From contig PBZE01000042.1 of NCBI GenBank assembly GCA_002730095.1, positions 623 through 64,622 on the forward strand: a stretch of 64,000 bases of DNA, in the 5' to 3' direction. Of this stretch, positions 48,511-58,602 are shown piece after piece. The position numbers were made by a program, and so were the translations under genes. Source of the DNA: Methanobacteriota archaeon (GTDB lineage Archaea; Thermoplasmatota; Poseidoniia; Poseidoniales; Thalassarchaeaceae). The stretch's first letter is position 1; every line of letters begins with the position of its first letter. The notes under the pieces are model-generated. The model saw nothing but the letters and a program-made list of their open reading frames with translations. It ran no database searches and was not told the DNA's origin.

Positions 48511-49704
48511 ATGTGGGAGTTCGATGGCACCGAACTAAGTGGTGCCTTTGACTGGGGCCTCCCTCCATCTAAAAGTCACATCATCCGATGGCTGGCCCTC
48601 AGCTCACAGGATGAAAAAGGCACCCTTATTTCATTCTCGGGAACAATGGGCGAGGATCCTGTATCAATGGCAAGATGCCTAATATCGATGGGTGCGGAGA
48701 TAGATTTTCATGATGATCATTGGTTTGTTAGAGGGCAACAGGATAGATTGTCTCTTCCGGAACACGATTTGCAATGTGGAAACTCTGGAACGACGGCTAA
48801 TGTGATATCTGCCATGTCTGCATGCCTTGAAGGGACTGCCATAATCGATGGAGACGTTTCTTTGAGGAGGAGAGAGTCACGTGGCCTATGTGAAACTTTG
48901 ACCGACCTAGGATGCGAGGTTAGCAGTTACTCAATTCCAAGGAGGATTTCCGGAATAATATGTCATGAGAAGGCCTCCCTAGACTGGGAGGAGACGAGTC
49001 AGGGCGCCACAGCAATGGCACTTGCATCCCCAAATCTATCGTCCGATATTTCTCTATCTTTGAATGGCACACCGATAAGCAGGGGTTATTGGGAGCTAAC
49101 AAGGGACATTTGCTCGAGGTCAGGAATTGATATTGACACTAAGAACGGCATACTAAAGCTAGGTCCATGGAAAGTTGACACTCCATCGGAAATATCGGTT
49201 CTGGGAGAGCAGAGTCTAATTCCCATGAGGATTCTTTTCTCAAGATTGCATGGTGTTGAGGTAAAGACGAATAGGACAGAGGAAATTACAGGACTCGGTC
49301 TCGCAATACATAACATGGAATGTAACTCTGATATCTTAAATCTGAAGGACGGGTCTGATATAATCACCCCGTCTGCTGCAATAATGGCACTCGGTTCTGG
49401 AGGAAGAATAACTGGTTGCCCACATGCAAGGGGCAAGGAAAGCGACAGAATTTCTAAGACGGTAAAGATGCTTGGGGATTTTGGAATCAAGACGAAGGAA
49501 ACTTCTGACGGGATTATCATACCTGGAAAACAGAGTATACAGCGCCCTGAAGAAACTGTGGAGACATATTCGGACCATAGAATGGCGATGACAGCTATGA
49601 TTCTTGCTTCTAAAGTCGGAGGATCCATAGATAATCCAGAGTGTGTAAGCGCGACTGATCCGAGATTTGTACAGCGACTGGGGGATATCTGTGATTCATG
49701 TTGA
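48511..49704 (+). CDS. aroA: 3-phosphoshikimate 1-carboxyvinyltransferase (EPSP synthase)
   Basis: It has PPSKSHIIRWLAL (PxSKS), GNSGTTANV, LRRRESRGL and DHRMAMTAMILA. The length is somewhat short, at 397 aa. Confidence 0.8.
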   Translation: MWEFDGTELSGAFDWGLPPSKSHIIRWLALSSQDEKGTLISFSGTMGEDPVSMARCLISMGAEIDFHDDHWFVRGQQDRLSLPEHDLQCGNSGTTANVISAMSACLEGTAIIDGDVSLRRRESRGLCETLTDLGCEVSSYSIPRRISGIICHEKASLDWEETSQGATAMALASPNLSSDISLSLNGTPISRGYWELTRDICSRSGIDIDTKNGILKLGPWKVDTPSEISVLGEQSLIPMRILFSRLHGVEVKTNRTEEITGLGLAIHNMECNSDILNLKDGSDIITPSAAIMALGSGGRITGCPHARGKESDRISKTVKMLGDFGIKTKETSDGIIIPGKQSIQRPEETVETYSDHRMAMTAMILASKVGGSIDNPECVSATDPRFVQRLGDICDSC

Positions 49705-49728
49705 TTCGAATAAGGGGGAAATCAAATA

Positions 49729-50670
49729 GTGAGAGAAGTGAAGACTCATCTGCTACTTTTACTAGTTGCTGCAGTGTGGGGTTCTACTTGGGCCGTTGGC
49801 AGATTCCTGAGCTATGGGCTGGATGATGCCAGGGCCAATATGGGGCCTGCTACATCTGCTTGGTTGAGATATGTCTTCGCTGTTGCAGGATTCCTAGCTT
49901 GGTGTTGGATTTACAGAAATATGGACGGTCCAAGAGTACTTCCCAAGGGAGAAAAGGCATGGAAATACACTTTCTGGATGGCTCTACTAGGGACAATGGG
50001 CTATCAACTCCTGTTCATGAATGGAATGAAGTGGACGGCTGCAGGTGATGCCTCCATGATCATCCCAATGAATCCAGTATTCACAGTACTTCTTGCAGCC
50101 CCACTACTGGGGCAGAGATTGAGTCCGAGAATGGTTCTGGGATTACTCATAGGTTTGATTGGTGTGGCCATAGTGATAGGTTGGAGTCCAAATACTGAGA
50201 TTCCATTTGAGCATCGATTGCTTGGTGGTGTTATGATAGGTCTTGCTGCTCTAATGTGGGCCGCGACCAGTAATCTGACCAAGATGGCGCTCCTAGATGG
50301 AACGATTGGAACCTCGCTAGAAATTGTTGTTTGGTATTCCATAATAGGTTGGGTTCTTCTAACTCCTTGGATGCTATTTGAGATCTGGCAATCTGGAATT
50401 CCAATTCCCAACGCAACCGAATGGATTTCTGTAGCATATTTGGGGATTATATCGACGGTCCTAACATATGCATGGTTCGCAAGGGGCATCGACAGGATTG
50501 GCGCTACCGCTGCATCATCCTATGTTTTTCTAGTTCCTGTGTTCGGAGTATTAGGTGGGTGGCTATTTCTGGATGAGAATATTGGGGCCTCGATGTTAGC
50601 AGGATTCTTTCTGGTCATCTTGGGGGTCAGAGAGGTTCAAAAACAAAGCGAGCTTATTACTAGCGGCTGA
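49729..50670 (+). CDS. DMT-superfamily (EamA-like) transporter
   Basis: It has about 10 TM helices in two EamA-like halves and an N-terminus (LLLVAAVWGSTWAVGR) typical of the family. Confidence 0.65.
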   Translation: MREVKTHLLLLLVAAVWGSTWAVGRFLSYGLDDARANMGPATSAWLRYVFAVAGFLAWCWIYRNMDGPRVLPKGEKAWKYTFWMALLGTMGYQLLFMNGMKWTAAGDASMIIPMNPVFTVLLAAPLLGQRLSPRMVLGLLIGLIGVAIVIGWSPNTEIPFEHRLLGGVMIGLAALMWAATSNLTKMALLDGTIGTSLEIVVWYSIIGWVLLTPWMLFEIWQSGIPIPNATEWISVAYLGIISTVLTYAWFARGIDRIGATAASSYVFLVPVFGVLGGWLFLDENIGASMLAGFFLVILGVREVQKQSELITSG

Positions 50671-50684
50671 ATTAAATTCGTATC

Positions 50685-51278
50685 TTGGTCCTCACGATTA
50701 AATATAGGGGGTCAGTCGCCCGCCAGAGAGGTGAGTATGTGGCACGCAAACCGGCGAAGATGTATCGTCAAGTAAAGGGGCAATCTTTCACTCGAAGAGA
50801 ATACACTGGAGGAGTTCCGAATAATCGGATCCTGAGGTACTTCATGGGCAACAGGAAGGCTGCTGAAGCTGGTGATTTCCCTGTTGTCATGGAGTTGACC
50901 TCGGACAATGCTTGTCAAATCAGAGACACTGCCTTAGAAGCCGCAAGACAAGTCGCAAATTCTACTATCAGAAATTCCGCCGGAGCTGATGGTTATGCCC
51001 TCAGAATCCATGTTTATCCCCACCAGATATTGCGTGAAAATAAACAGGCGACGGGTGCTGGTGCTGACCGTGTCTCTCAAGGGATGAGGCAGGCCTTTGG
51101 AAAAAATGTGGGAACTGCCGCTAGGGTTTTGAGAGGTCAGACAATAGTGTCAATTCATATGAATCCAGAAGATTACGATGCGGCTAGAGAGGCACTTCGT
51201 AAAGCGAGCTGCAAGTTCCCTACTCCTTGCTCCCATAAAGTAGTCAAAGGGGCCGAGCACTTGAAGGGCAAAGTCTGA
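50685..51278 (+). CDS. rpl10e: 50S ribosomal protein L10e (uL16)
   Basis: ARKPAKMYRQVKGQSFTRREYTGGVP is the canonical L10e N-terminus. The probable true start is GTG 50739 (MARKPAKMY). Confidence 0.9.
   Translation: MVLTIKYRGSVARQRGEYVARKPAKMYRQVKGQSFTRREYTGGVPNNRILRYFMGNRKAAEAGDFPVVMELTSDNACQIRDTALEAARQVANSTIRNSAGADGYALRIHVYPHQILRENKQATGAGADRVSQGMRQAFGKNVGTAARVLRGQTIVSIHMNPEDYDAAREALRKASCKFPTPCSHKVVKGAEHLKGKV
50698..50706 (+). promoter_or_regulatory. Candidate archaeal TATA box (TTAAATATA) for the L10e operon
   Basis: This AT-rich octamer-like element lies 33 nt upstream of the probable GTG start at 50739. GAGGTGA (50727-50733) lies 5 nt before that GTG as a possible SD-like element. Confidence 0.35.
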
Positions 51279-51280
51279 GG

Positions 51281-51868
51281 TTGATGGGCATGGAGCCCGG
51301 CGACCCCCTATCCATCCTCCATGATTCCTTGAGAGGAGCTCCGATTATTTGGAAGGGCGATTATCCATACTTTATCCATCCAATTTCAGATGGGATACCC
51401 AGAATGGATGCCAGTGTATTAAGAGCTGCTAGAGACCTAATAGTATCAATGGTAGACTGGTCCAAGATTGATCTAATTGTGAGTGTTGAGGCGATGGGGC
51501 TTCCACTACTCGCTGCAGTTGGAGAGGCCACAGGGAAACCAACAGTAGTCATTAGGAAGAGGTCGTATGGAATGAGAGGAGAAGTGAAGGTGGAAGTTTC
51601 CACCGGCTATTCAAAATCTACAACTTACATAAATGACATCAGTCCTGGAGAGAGAGTATTGATTGTAGATGATGTAATTTCCACAGGTGGAACTCTTGAG
51701 CCGATACTGGAAGCTATCGAGGGCATGGGGGCTAAGCTACAAGACATCATCATAGCGATAGAGAAGGGGAATGGACGGGAACGTCTATCCAAAGAACGAC
51801 CTAATTGGAGAATTAGGACTCTGGCAAGGATTGATATTATTGACGGAAAAGTGGAAATTATCGAGTGA
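51281..51868 (+). CDS. hpt: Purine phosphoribosyltransferase (archaeal hypoxanthine/guanine PRTase-like)
   Basis: It has the PRPP-binding motif VLIVDDVISTGGT. The overall pattern (SDGIPRMD, VSVEAMGLPLLAAVG, VIRKRSYG) matches the archaeal Hpt/Apt-like family. Substrate specificity has not been established. Confidence 0.6.
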   Translation: MMGMEPGDPLSILHDSLRGAPIIWKGDYPYFIHPISDGIPRMDASVLRAARDLIVSMVDWSKIDLIVSVEAMGLPLLAAVGEATGKPTVVIRKRSYGMRGEVKVEVSTGYSKSTTYINDISPGERVLIVDDVISTGGTLEPILEAIEGMGAKLQDIIIAIEKGNGRERLSKERPNWRIRTLARIDIIDGKVEIIE

Positions 51869-52981
51869 TTGCAGATGGATTTGGACAGGCATGATTTTCA
51901 ACTTGGCGAACTAGTCGAGAAGATAAAATCAAATGATCATAGATTGGTCGCACTTCAAGTTCCAGAGGGCCTTAAGATGCAAGCACTTGAAATGATGGAT
52001 CAAATCGAGGATGACTCCGGTGCGAAAGTGATACTTGCAGCTGATCCATGTTACGGTGCTTGTGACTTAGTGCATGATAAAATGAGGGCTATGGGCGTCG
52101 AATTGGTCGCTCACATGGGACATAGCCAAATGAACATAGACTCTGGAATGCCAACTCAATTCATCTCGGTTACATATGACGGAGAGCCAGAAATAGAGAG
52201 TATTTTGCCCATACTAAAATCTCACTTATCGATAGCTGAATCTAGAATAGGTGCTGACTTCTCAACAGAATTAAATGAAAAGGAAGCTCAAGATATTTTT
52301 TTGGATGCCGTGGGCAGGTTTTCTCCCCTTAAGTCGACGAAGCTGGGACTTGTCGGGTCCATTCAACATCTTCACCTACTGCCGAAATATAAGGCGATGC
52401 TCGAGAGAGCAGGTTTTGAGGTAGTGATACCCACGGGAGGAGATAGGCTAACCTTCCCTGGGCAGGTACTAGGGTGTAATTATTCAGGAGATAGTGATGA
52501 AATAGGTCATTACCTGTTCTTAGGATCTGGTGACTTCCATCCGATTGGACTTGTATTGCACACGGGAAAGCCACTGGCTCTCTTGGACCCCTACACTGGA
52601 GATTCTAGTGAAATGTCGTTTGGAAGAATTGAGAGGATCCTCAGACAGAGATTCGGACTGATTATGGAAATCGATAACGCTAAGACATTTGGGATCTTAA
52701 TTGGGGAGAAGCCGGGCCAAATGAGGAGGAACCTAGCCATAAGGATGAAGAGAATCCTCGAAAAGCATGGTCGTAAGGGATATTTATTGGCATTGGATCA
52801 CGTTAGTCCGGATCTGATAGACTTCTACCCGGTTGATGCTTTCGTAAATACTGCCTGTCCAAGAATAGCTATTGATGACTCGGTTAGGTATGACAAGCCC
52901 CTTGTAACCCCTTACGAGTTAGAAGTCGCCCTAGGTGAAAAGAAGTGGGAGAACGGATACCAATTTGATGAGATTCCTTGA
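51869..52981 (+). CDS. dph2: Diphthamide synthesis protein Dph2 (2-(3-amino-3-carboxypropyl)histidine synthase)
   Basis: It has VALQVPEGLK and conserved Cys contexts (DPCYGACD, NTACPRI). The size and layout are those of archaeal Dph2. Confidence 0.75.
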   Translation: MQMDLDRHDFQLGELVEKIKSNDHRLVALQVPEGLKMQALEMMDQIEDDSGAKVILAADPCYGACDLVHDKMRAMGVELVAHMGHSQMNIDSGMPTQFISVTYDGEPEIESILPILKSHLSIAESRIGADFSTELNEKEAQDIFLDAVGRFSPLKSTKLGLVGSIQHLHLLPKYKAMLERAGFEVVIPTGGDRLTFPGQVLGCNYSGDSDEIGHYLFLGSGDFHPIGLVLHTGKPLALLDPYTGDSSEMSFGRIERILRQRFGLIMEIDNAKTFGILIGEKPGQMRRNLAIRMKRILEKHGRKGYLLALDHVSPDLIDFYPVDAFVNTACPRIAIDDSVRYDKPLVTPYELEVALGEKKWENGYQFDEIP

Positions 52982-53035
52982 TTGGAATAAAACGCCCCTT
53001 GTGTAACAAGCATTTTTTGACTGTCCTTACTGAAT

Positions 53036-54244
53036 ATGTCTAAGAACGATGTTGGTAAGTGTATCCTGATGGCGGGGTACTTAGACCGGATTGGCGCCGG
53101 CAAGGTCCTTCTTGATAGGGGGCCTCTATCTTTCGATTGGACGCCCCCTCAATTGGTCGGCAGGGACAGGGAACTAGAATCACTGGCTTCAATGTTCATG
53201 GGGATTGGGAACGAGGGAGTCAGTGGCCGAGCGGTAGTTGTTGGTCACGTAGGTACCGGTAAGACAGTTCTAACCAGAAGATTTGGGGAAGATGTAATCA
53301 GAGAAATGGACGGCATTAGGAAGATGGTTCTTTCTCATGTCAATTGTAGGAATCACCCTTCAACTTCCCAGGTGCTGCAACAGATTGCTCTGTCGCTTGA
53401 CTCAAGGCATCCGGAAAGGGGGTTCAGCTCGGGCGAGATAATCCAGTCAATAAGGAGGAACATCCGATCTAGGGGACTTCACATGATACTCGTCTTGGAC
53501 GAGGTAGATGTCCTTGTTAGGAGAGACAGTAGTGATCTGATATACAAACTTCTACGAATAGATGAAGGCCAAGGCAATCAAGGAACGATTTCACTGATTC
53601 TGGTAAGTCAGGACCAATCTTTGATGGGAATGATGGAGCCGGCAATAATTTCTAGACTGGGAGAAAGTAATGTTTTGAGTCTGAAACCTTACGATTCTGA
53701 AGGCCTGGTTGGAATATCGAGGCAGCGATATGAAGCTTCATGCAAGCCAGGTTCTGTAGGCGAAGAAGTACTGGAAAAGATTGGCAGATTCGCCTCTGAG
53801 ACCGGGGATGCGAGACTGGCAATTGAACTCCTAGAGGCCGCTGTAAGAAGAGCAGAGATGGACGGAAGAGGCGAGGTAAATGTTAGTGACGTTATGCCTA
53901 GTACCATAAGGACAGCTTCCGTTGAGCCGAGTCAAGTAGATACCCTCAGTGTTCATGAGAAACTCATCCTACTGGGAATTTGTAGGAGATTACGAAAAGA
54001 AGAGGAAATTTCGAGTGGTGATGCTCGGAAGCTGTATGAACTCGTATGCGAGGAATTCGCGATTAAAACTAGGAGCTATACCACGTTCTGGAAGCATCTA
54101 AAATCGTTAGAAACTGAAGGTTTGCTAGAAGCCAGATCTACTAATACTTCTGTGGGAAGAGGCAGAACTACGTACATAACAATGACTAATACTTCCCCCG
54201 CTACAATAGGTAGCAGGATAGAGAAGGAGTTCATGAACCGCTGA
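53036..54244 (+). CDS. cdc6: ORC1-type DNA replication protein (Orc1/Cdc6)
   Basis: It has LVGRDRELESL, Walker A (GHVGTGKT), Walker B (LVLDEVD), sensor-2/lid (GDARLAIELLEAA) and a C-terminal winged helix (LKSLETEGLLEARS). Confidence 0.9.
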   Translation: MSKNDVGKCILMAGYLDRIGAGKVLLDRGPLSFDWTPPQLVGRDRELESLASMFMGIGNEGVSGRAVVVGHVGTGKTVLTRRFGEDVIREMDGIRKMVLSHVNCRNHPSTSQVLQQIALSLDSRHPERGFSSGEIIQSIRRNIRSRGLHMILVLDEVDVLVRRDSSDLIYKLLRIDEGQGNQGTISLILVSQDQSLMGMMEPAIISRLGESNVLSLKPYDSEGLVGISRQRYEASCKPGSVGEEVLEKIGRFASETGDARLAIELLEAAVRRAEMDGRGEVNVSDVMPSTIRTASVEPSQVDTLSVHEKLILLGICRRLRKEEEISSGDARKLYELVCEEFAIKTRSYTTFWKHLKSLETEGLLEARSTNTSVGRGRTTYITMTNTSPATIGSRIEKEFMNR

Positions 54245-54315
54245 TTGGCTATTCAGTTGGCTTCCGAACCGCTCTTATAGGGGCCTCATGTCGGGTTGCC
54301 GTCCGAGGAGTAAAT

Positions 54316-54810
54316 ATGGCAGGCGAGCAGTCATTCAAGGCAGTCGTTAACGACACTAATCCGAAGTATGGGGGCCGTGCTTTCTCCATAGAAATCACTG
54401 GGTCAAACTACAATCATTTCCTTGGTAAGAAGATAGGTGACTCAGTAGATGGAATGTTCGTCGGTGAGGGAGATCAATCACTTACGGGATATCGATTAGA
54501 AATCACCGGAGGATCAGACCTTACTGGAAGGCCAATGAGGCCAGACTTGGATGGAAGTGGCGTCAAATCAGTTCTAATTACCGCTGGAATAGGATACAAA
54601 GGAGATAAGAAGGTCAACAAGAAGGGCAAGACATACAGGTACAGGTATGACGGTCTGAGAAAGAGAAGGAATCTCCGTGGAAATGTAATAAGTCAAGAAA
54701 CTAGGCAAATCAACTTGAAGATAGTTGATGCTGGAAAGAGGCCACTTGGTGTGATTTTCGGCATAGAAGAGGAAGCTCCTGACAATCAGTCCTCTGGTGA
54801 AGAGGAGTGA
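54316..54810 (+). CDS. rps6e: 30S ribosomal protein S6e
   Basis: GYRLEITGGSDLTGRPMRPDL and the basic C-terminal region are typical of S6e. GGAGG lies 8 nt upstream of the ATG. Confidence 0.85.
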   Translation: MAGEQSFKAVVNDTNPKYGGRAFSIEITGSNYNHFLGKKIGDSVDGMFVGEGDQSLTGYRLEITGGSDLTGRPMRPDLDGSGVKSVLITAGIGYKGDKKVNKKGKTYRYRYDGLRKRRNLRGNVISQETRQINLKIVDAGKRPLGVIFGIEEEAPDNQSSGEEE

Positions 54811-54832
54811 AAATTGGGAGATGATCTAACTG

Positions 54833-56071
54833 GTGAATGATTTACCAAGTCAGCCCGAAGTAAATATTGGGATGGTCGGACACGTAGATCATGGGAAAAC
54901 CACACTTACCCAAGCACTATCTGGGACTTGGACAGATACACATTCCGAAGAGAGGAAACGTGGAATCAGTATCAAACTAGGATATGCTGATACAGCCTTC
55001 TACAAGAATAAGGAAGGGGAGTACTACGCTAGAGGAAAGAATCCGGAAGGGGGAGAAGATTCTGACGAGGACCTCCTGAGAGTTATCTCATTCGTTGATG
55101 CTCCTGGGCACGAGACTCTGATGGCGGTCATGATTTCTGGAGCGGCAATCATGGATGGTGCCTTGCTATTGGTTGCAGCAAACGAGACCTGCCCCCAGGC
55201 ACAAACAAGAGAACATCTTGCTGCTCTACAAATAGCGGGAATAGAGAACATAGTAGTAGTTCAAAATAAAGTTGACCTAGTCACTAAAGAAAGGGCCATT
55301 GAATCTTATAATGAGATATTATCATTCATCGATGGTACAATTGCCGAAGGATCCCCGATTGTTCCGGTTTCGGCCCATCATGATGTCAATCTGGATATTC
55401 TCATTAGGGCCATAGAGGATACTATACCGAGCCCTGAAATTGATTCTGACGAGAAGGGGCTGATGTATGTCGCGAGGTCCTTCGATGTCAATAGGCCTGG
55501 ATCAAGGCCTGACAAGCTCAGAGGAGGAATTGTTGGAGGCAGCATAGTGGAAGGCTCATTCAGTGTTGGAGATACCATATTAATAGCCCCGGGTCGTAGA
55601 ATTGTAGAGGGAAATAAAACAAGATGGGAGCCTCTAAAGACAACTATTGAGAATATTAAAGCTGGAGGATTAGACCTTGAAACTGCTCATGCGGGCGGAC
55701 TTTGCGGCATAGCCACTCCTATGGATCCAATGTCAACAAAGGCGGATGACCTATCTGGACAAGTGATGGCAAGAGACGGTGAGCTTCCCCCAGTATGGGA
55801 ATCTCTAGATCTGAATCTGCAACTTCTTGAAAAGATGGTTTCCGGAGGCGATGGTGATGAGGGAGTGGTAAAGCCCTTGCAGACTAATGAAATGTTGATG
55901 GTTAATTCGGCCACAGCGACAAGCGTGGGGACTGTTTCATCTTCTAAGAAGGGAGAGGCTCGATTAGCATTGAGGCTTCCAATTTGTGCCAAGAAGGGAA
56001 GTAGAATCACGTTATCCAGAAGAGTTGGCGCACGTTGGAGACTAATTGGCCATGGCACCATAAAGGGGTGA
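54833..56071 (+). CDS. eif2g: Translation initiation factor aIF2 subunit gamma
   Basis: It has the GTPase motifs GHVDHGKTT, DAPGHE and QNKVD, and the aIF2-gamma domain II/III pattern. Confidence 0.9.
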   Translation: MNDLPSQPEVNIGMVGHVDHGKTTLTQALSGTWTDTHSEERKRGISIKLGYADTAFYKNKEGEYYARGKNPEGGEDSDEDLLRVISFVDAPGHETLMAVMISGAAIMDGALLLVAANETCPQAQTREHLAALQIAGIENIVVVQNKVDLVTKERAIESYNEILSFIDGTIAEGSPIVPVSAHHDVNLDILIRAIEDTIPSPEIDSDEKGLMYVARSFDVNRPGSRPDKLRGGIVGGSIVEGSFSVGDTILIAPGRRIVEGNKTRWEPLKTTIENIKAGGLDLETAHAGGLCGIATPMDPMSTKADDLSGQVMARDGELPPVWESLDLNLQLLEKMVSGGDGDEGVVKPLQTNEMLMVNSATATSVGTVSSSKKGEARLALRLPICAKKGSRITLSRRVGARWRLIGHGTIKG

Positions 56072-56075
56072 TTGA

Positions 56076-56441
56076 ATGACGGGGATTCTCGTCGACACTT
56101 GTGGATGGGTCGCCTTAGTAAAATCTGGACTAAATCTAGATTCAGAGATGTCGAAGGTGATTGGTAAGCCGGAGCTTTTCGTCATACAAAGTGTATGGGA
56201 AGAGTTGGAGGACTTGGCCAAGGACAAAAGGGGGCTTCTCTTAGAATTGCTAAAATCTAGATGCATAATAATTGAAGATCCCATAGGGGTGAGCCATACG
56301 GATAAAATGTTGATTCAGCTCTCCAAGAGTAACAAATGGCCTGTTTTGACCGTTGACACTAGACTGAAAGAGGGACTCTCACGATCTGGATGCCAATATA
56401 TCGAAGTAGTCTCAGATAGAATGCTTAGATTAATTGACTAA
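56076..56441 (+). CDS. PIN-domain protein
   Basis: The acidic residues are spaced as in PIN domains: ILVDTCG (D7), WEELED and LTVDTRL. It lies directly after aIF2-gamma, a conserved archaeal neighbourhood. Confidence 0.55.
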   Translation: MTGILVDTCGWVALVKSGLNLDSEMSKVIGKPELFVIQSVWEELEDLAKDKRGLLLELLKSRCIIIEDPIGVSHTDKMLIQLSKSNKWPVLTVDTRLKEGLSRSGCQYIEVVSDRMLRLID

Positions 56442-56731
56442 GGCAGAGTGAATAGATCGTCGTCTCCTTGGCCATCCATGAATCCTATTTTTACTGCAGC
56501 ATCAATCCAAGCATGGGCATAGTTTATCGCTCCAAATGCCCTTACCAAATCTCCCTTTTGCATGAAATACCTAGCATCTGAAAAATAATCATCACACATC
56601 CTAAGCATCGAAGATAGCTTTTCTGAGTTCTCGGGTTTGAGTTTGATCGGCGTTGCCTTTTTTCTCGCCTCTTCGGTCAAGGACATGTATTTCTCAACTC
56701 TTTCAATGGTAACAATTATCTTGTCGTTCAA
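56438..56731 (-). CDS. DUF357-like small protein
   Basis: CDDYFSDARYFMQKGDLVRAFGAINYAHAWIDAAVKIG matches my recollection of the DUF357 helical-hairpin pattern (Y..DA..F...GD...A......YA.G..DA). Confidence 0.5.
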   Translation of the reverse strand: MNDKIIVTIERVEKYMSLTEEARKKATPIKLKPENSEKLSSMLRMCDDYFSDARYFMQKGDLVRAFGAINYAHAWIDAAVKIGFMDGQGDDDLFTLP

Positions 56732-56733
56732 AA

Positions 56734-58602
56734 CTATGCCTCCACTAATTTCTGGGCCGCCTCGGTGATTTTGAAGAGTCTTTTTCTACCCTGCTTTCTC
56801 ACAGATAGAAACCCCGATTTATGCAGTCCGTTGTATATTTGTGAAAGTCTGGGCCTGCCGACTTCCAATCTGGCCTGAAGTTCGGCGTCAGAGGGAGATA
56901 TCTCTCTCTTGGAAGCTGCTGAGATTACTAGGAGTTCGGCTTCATTGAGGGAATTTGATCGGTTCACATCAAAGGGTTTGTCTGGCTCCCATAAGTTAGC
57001 TGTTCGGAATGACTCTGAATTAGAGGGAGTAGTGTGATTCGAGGAATCTGAAATTTCAGCGATTGGAGAATCATCAATTCCAAAAAGGGAATCTTTTGCA
57101 ATCTCCTCTTCGAAGGCAGGCAGGGATGATTCCATTGAAGACTCTACAGACCAATGGGCAGAATTTGTAGATATTACACTAGATGGTGAAGACTCTGTGT
57201 TCCCCTCCACATTGTCATTTTTCTGTTTCGAGTCAAAATTCTTGTCACTTTGATCTCCCGAATCTGGCATGGGTCTTGGTTCAGTATTGGGCCATAAAGG
57301 TGCTACTTCCGATATTGATTCAATTAATGGGGTGCCATCTTCCGAATTGGGCTGTGAAATCTGAGCTACTCTAGATCTGCCCAATAGCCCCTCGAAGCCA
57401 CTTCCGGACTTGAACATCGGAGGCTCGGTTCCTGGTTGCATATACACAAAATCATCCAATGTGCCTTGTTCGGATTTTGGCCTTGTGTCAATCACTTCTT
57501 CGGTGATGCCCTCATTCTGGATTTCATCTTCATTATCCTGTAACCACAAATCACTTGGATCGTCGAGGGGATCACTTTGTTCTTCGATGTCCTCGTATAA
57601 TTCTGAGTCGACCAATAAATCATTAATTTCTTGGGTTTCATCGATTTCATCGATCGGTTCAAAACTTTCCTTCTCCCTCTGGGAAAATGAAAAATCCGCA
57701 TCTTCTTGGACATCAATATCCGAGAACATGGATCTTTCAAGGGGGGCTTCGACTTCTTCTTGAATTTCAATTGCCCCAGAGGGCTCTGCGATATTGTCGG
57801 ATATTTGCCAACGCATCAGCCTCTCCAATGTCCCCTGTGCACCTACATCCCTCCTCTCATCAGTCAGATCTCTGAGTAGTCTGATTACATCTCTAGGATT
57901 GCCCGAGGTAGATTCGTGAATTCTAGATAGAAGATTATCTTGAATGATCCATTTCTCCCTAGCCTTCCTGGATACGAGTCTGTTAGAAAGATCCTGTATC
58001 TGATCTTTTGTCAGATTTTCAATATGTTGAGGATCATCATACAACTGTGCTGTCTCCTCATCTATTGTAGAAAGCTGAGATGGAGTCAGGACAACTATCA
58101 CCAAAGCCCTAAGCCTTTGAAGGATCGGCGATATTGAGCTAAGCACAGGGGCTATTTCAACACTGGATGGATAGTCGAGCGAAATGACTGGTAGATTACC
58201 TGCAGACTCCTCTAAATTAGAAACCAAATCATCAATCATCTTCTGATTAGAACCGGAAGAGGCGAATCCACAGAAGTGTATTGAGAGCTCATGAATTATC
58301 GTATTTACTGGGTCTTTCATAGGCCAATATTGGCCGACGAAACTTCTTCTGGTCTGAGACGCCAGAGTTCTCACAATCGATGATCTGCCTGAGCCCCTCT
58401 CGCCTACCAATAGAAACATCCTCGGAGATTGGGAAACTATGTGCTCCCTCCAGGAAGAAATCAAGCGATCCCTCCCAACTAGGTATTCTGCCCTGCCACT
58501 TTCAATTGGCCTGAGGTCGAATGGATTGCCCCTAAGTAGAGGAAGTCCTAGTTTCTCTGCCACGCCCTCCCTCACAATCACCTTGAGAGTAGTAGAGTAC
58601 AT
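56734..58602 (-). CDS. Divergent Orc1/Cdc6-like AAA+ protein with degenerate Walker A, a long acidic insertion and a C-terminal winged helix
   Basis: The N-terminus has LVGRDRLISS and the P-loop GERGSGRSS (Arg at the Walker A Lys position, nt 58381-58404). It also has VISLDYP (weak Walker B) and GNPRDVIRLLRDL (like the GDARxAxxLL lid motif). aa ~270-520 are strongly acidic and low-complexity. The C-terminus (LSQIYNGLHKSGFLSVRKQGRKRLFKIT) is wHTH-like. Confidence 0.5.
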   Translation of the reverse strand: MYSTTLKVIVREGVAEKLGLPLLRGNPFDLRPIESGRAEYLVGRDRLISSWREHIVSQSPRMFLLVGERGSGRSSIVRTLASQTRRSFVGQYWPMKDPVNTIIHELSIHFCGFASSGSNQKMIDDLVSNLEESAGNLPVISLDYPSSVEIAPVLSSISPILQRLRALVIVVLTPSQLSTIDEETAQLYDDPQHIENLTKDQIQDLSNRLVSRKAREKWIIQDNLLSRIHESTSGNPRDVIRLLRDLTDERRDVGAQGTLERLMRWQISDNIAEPSGAIEIQEEVEAPLERSMFSDIDVQEDADFSFSQREKESFEPIDEIDETQEINDLLVDSELYEDIEEQSDPLDDPSDLWLQDNEDEIQNEGITEEVIDTRPKSEQGTLDDFVYMQPGTEPPMFKSGSGFEGLLGRSRVAQISQPNSEDGTPLIESISEVAPLWPNTEPRPMPDSGDQSDKNFDSKQKNDNVEGNTESSPSSVISTNSAHWSVESSMESSLPAFEEEIAKDSLFGIDDSPIAEISDSSNHTTPSNSESFRTANLWEPDKPFDVNRSNSLNEAELLVISAASKREISPSDAELQARLEVGRPRLSQIYNGLHKSGFLSVRKQGRKRLFKITEAAQKLVEA

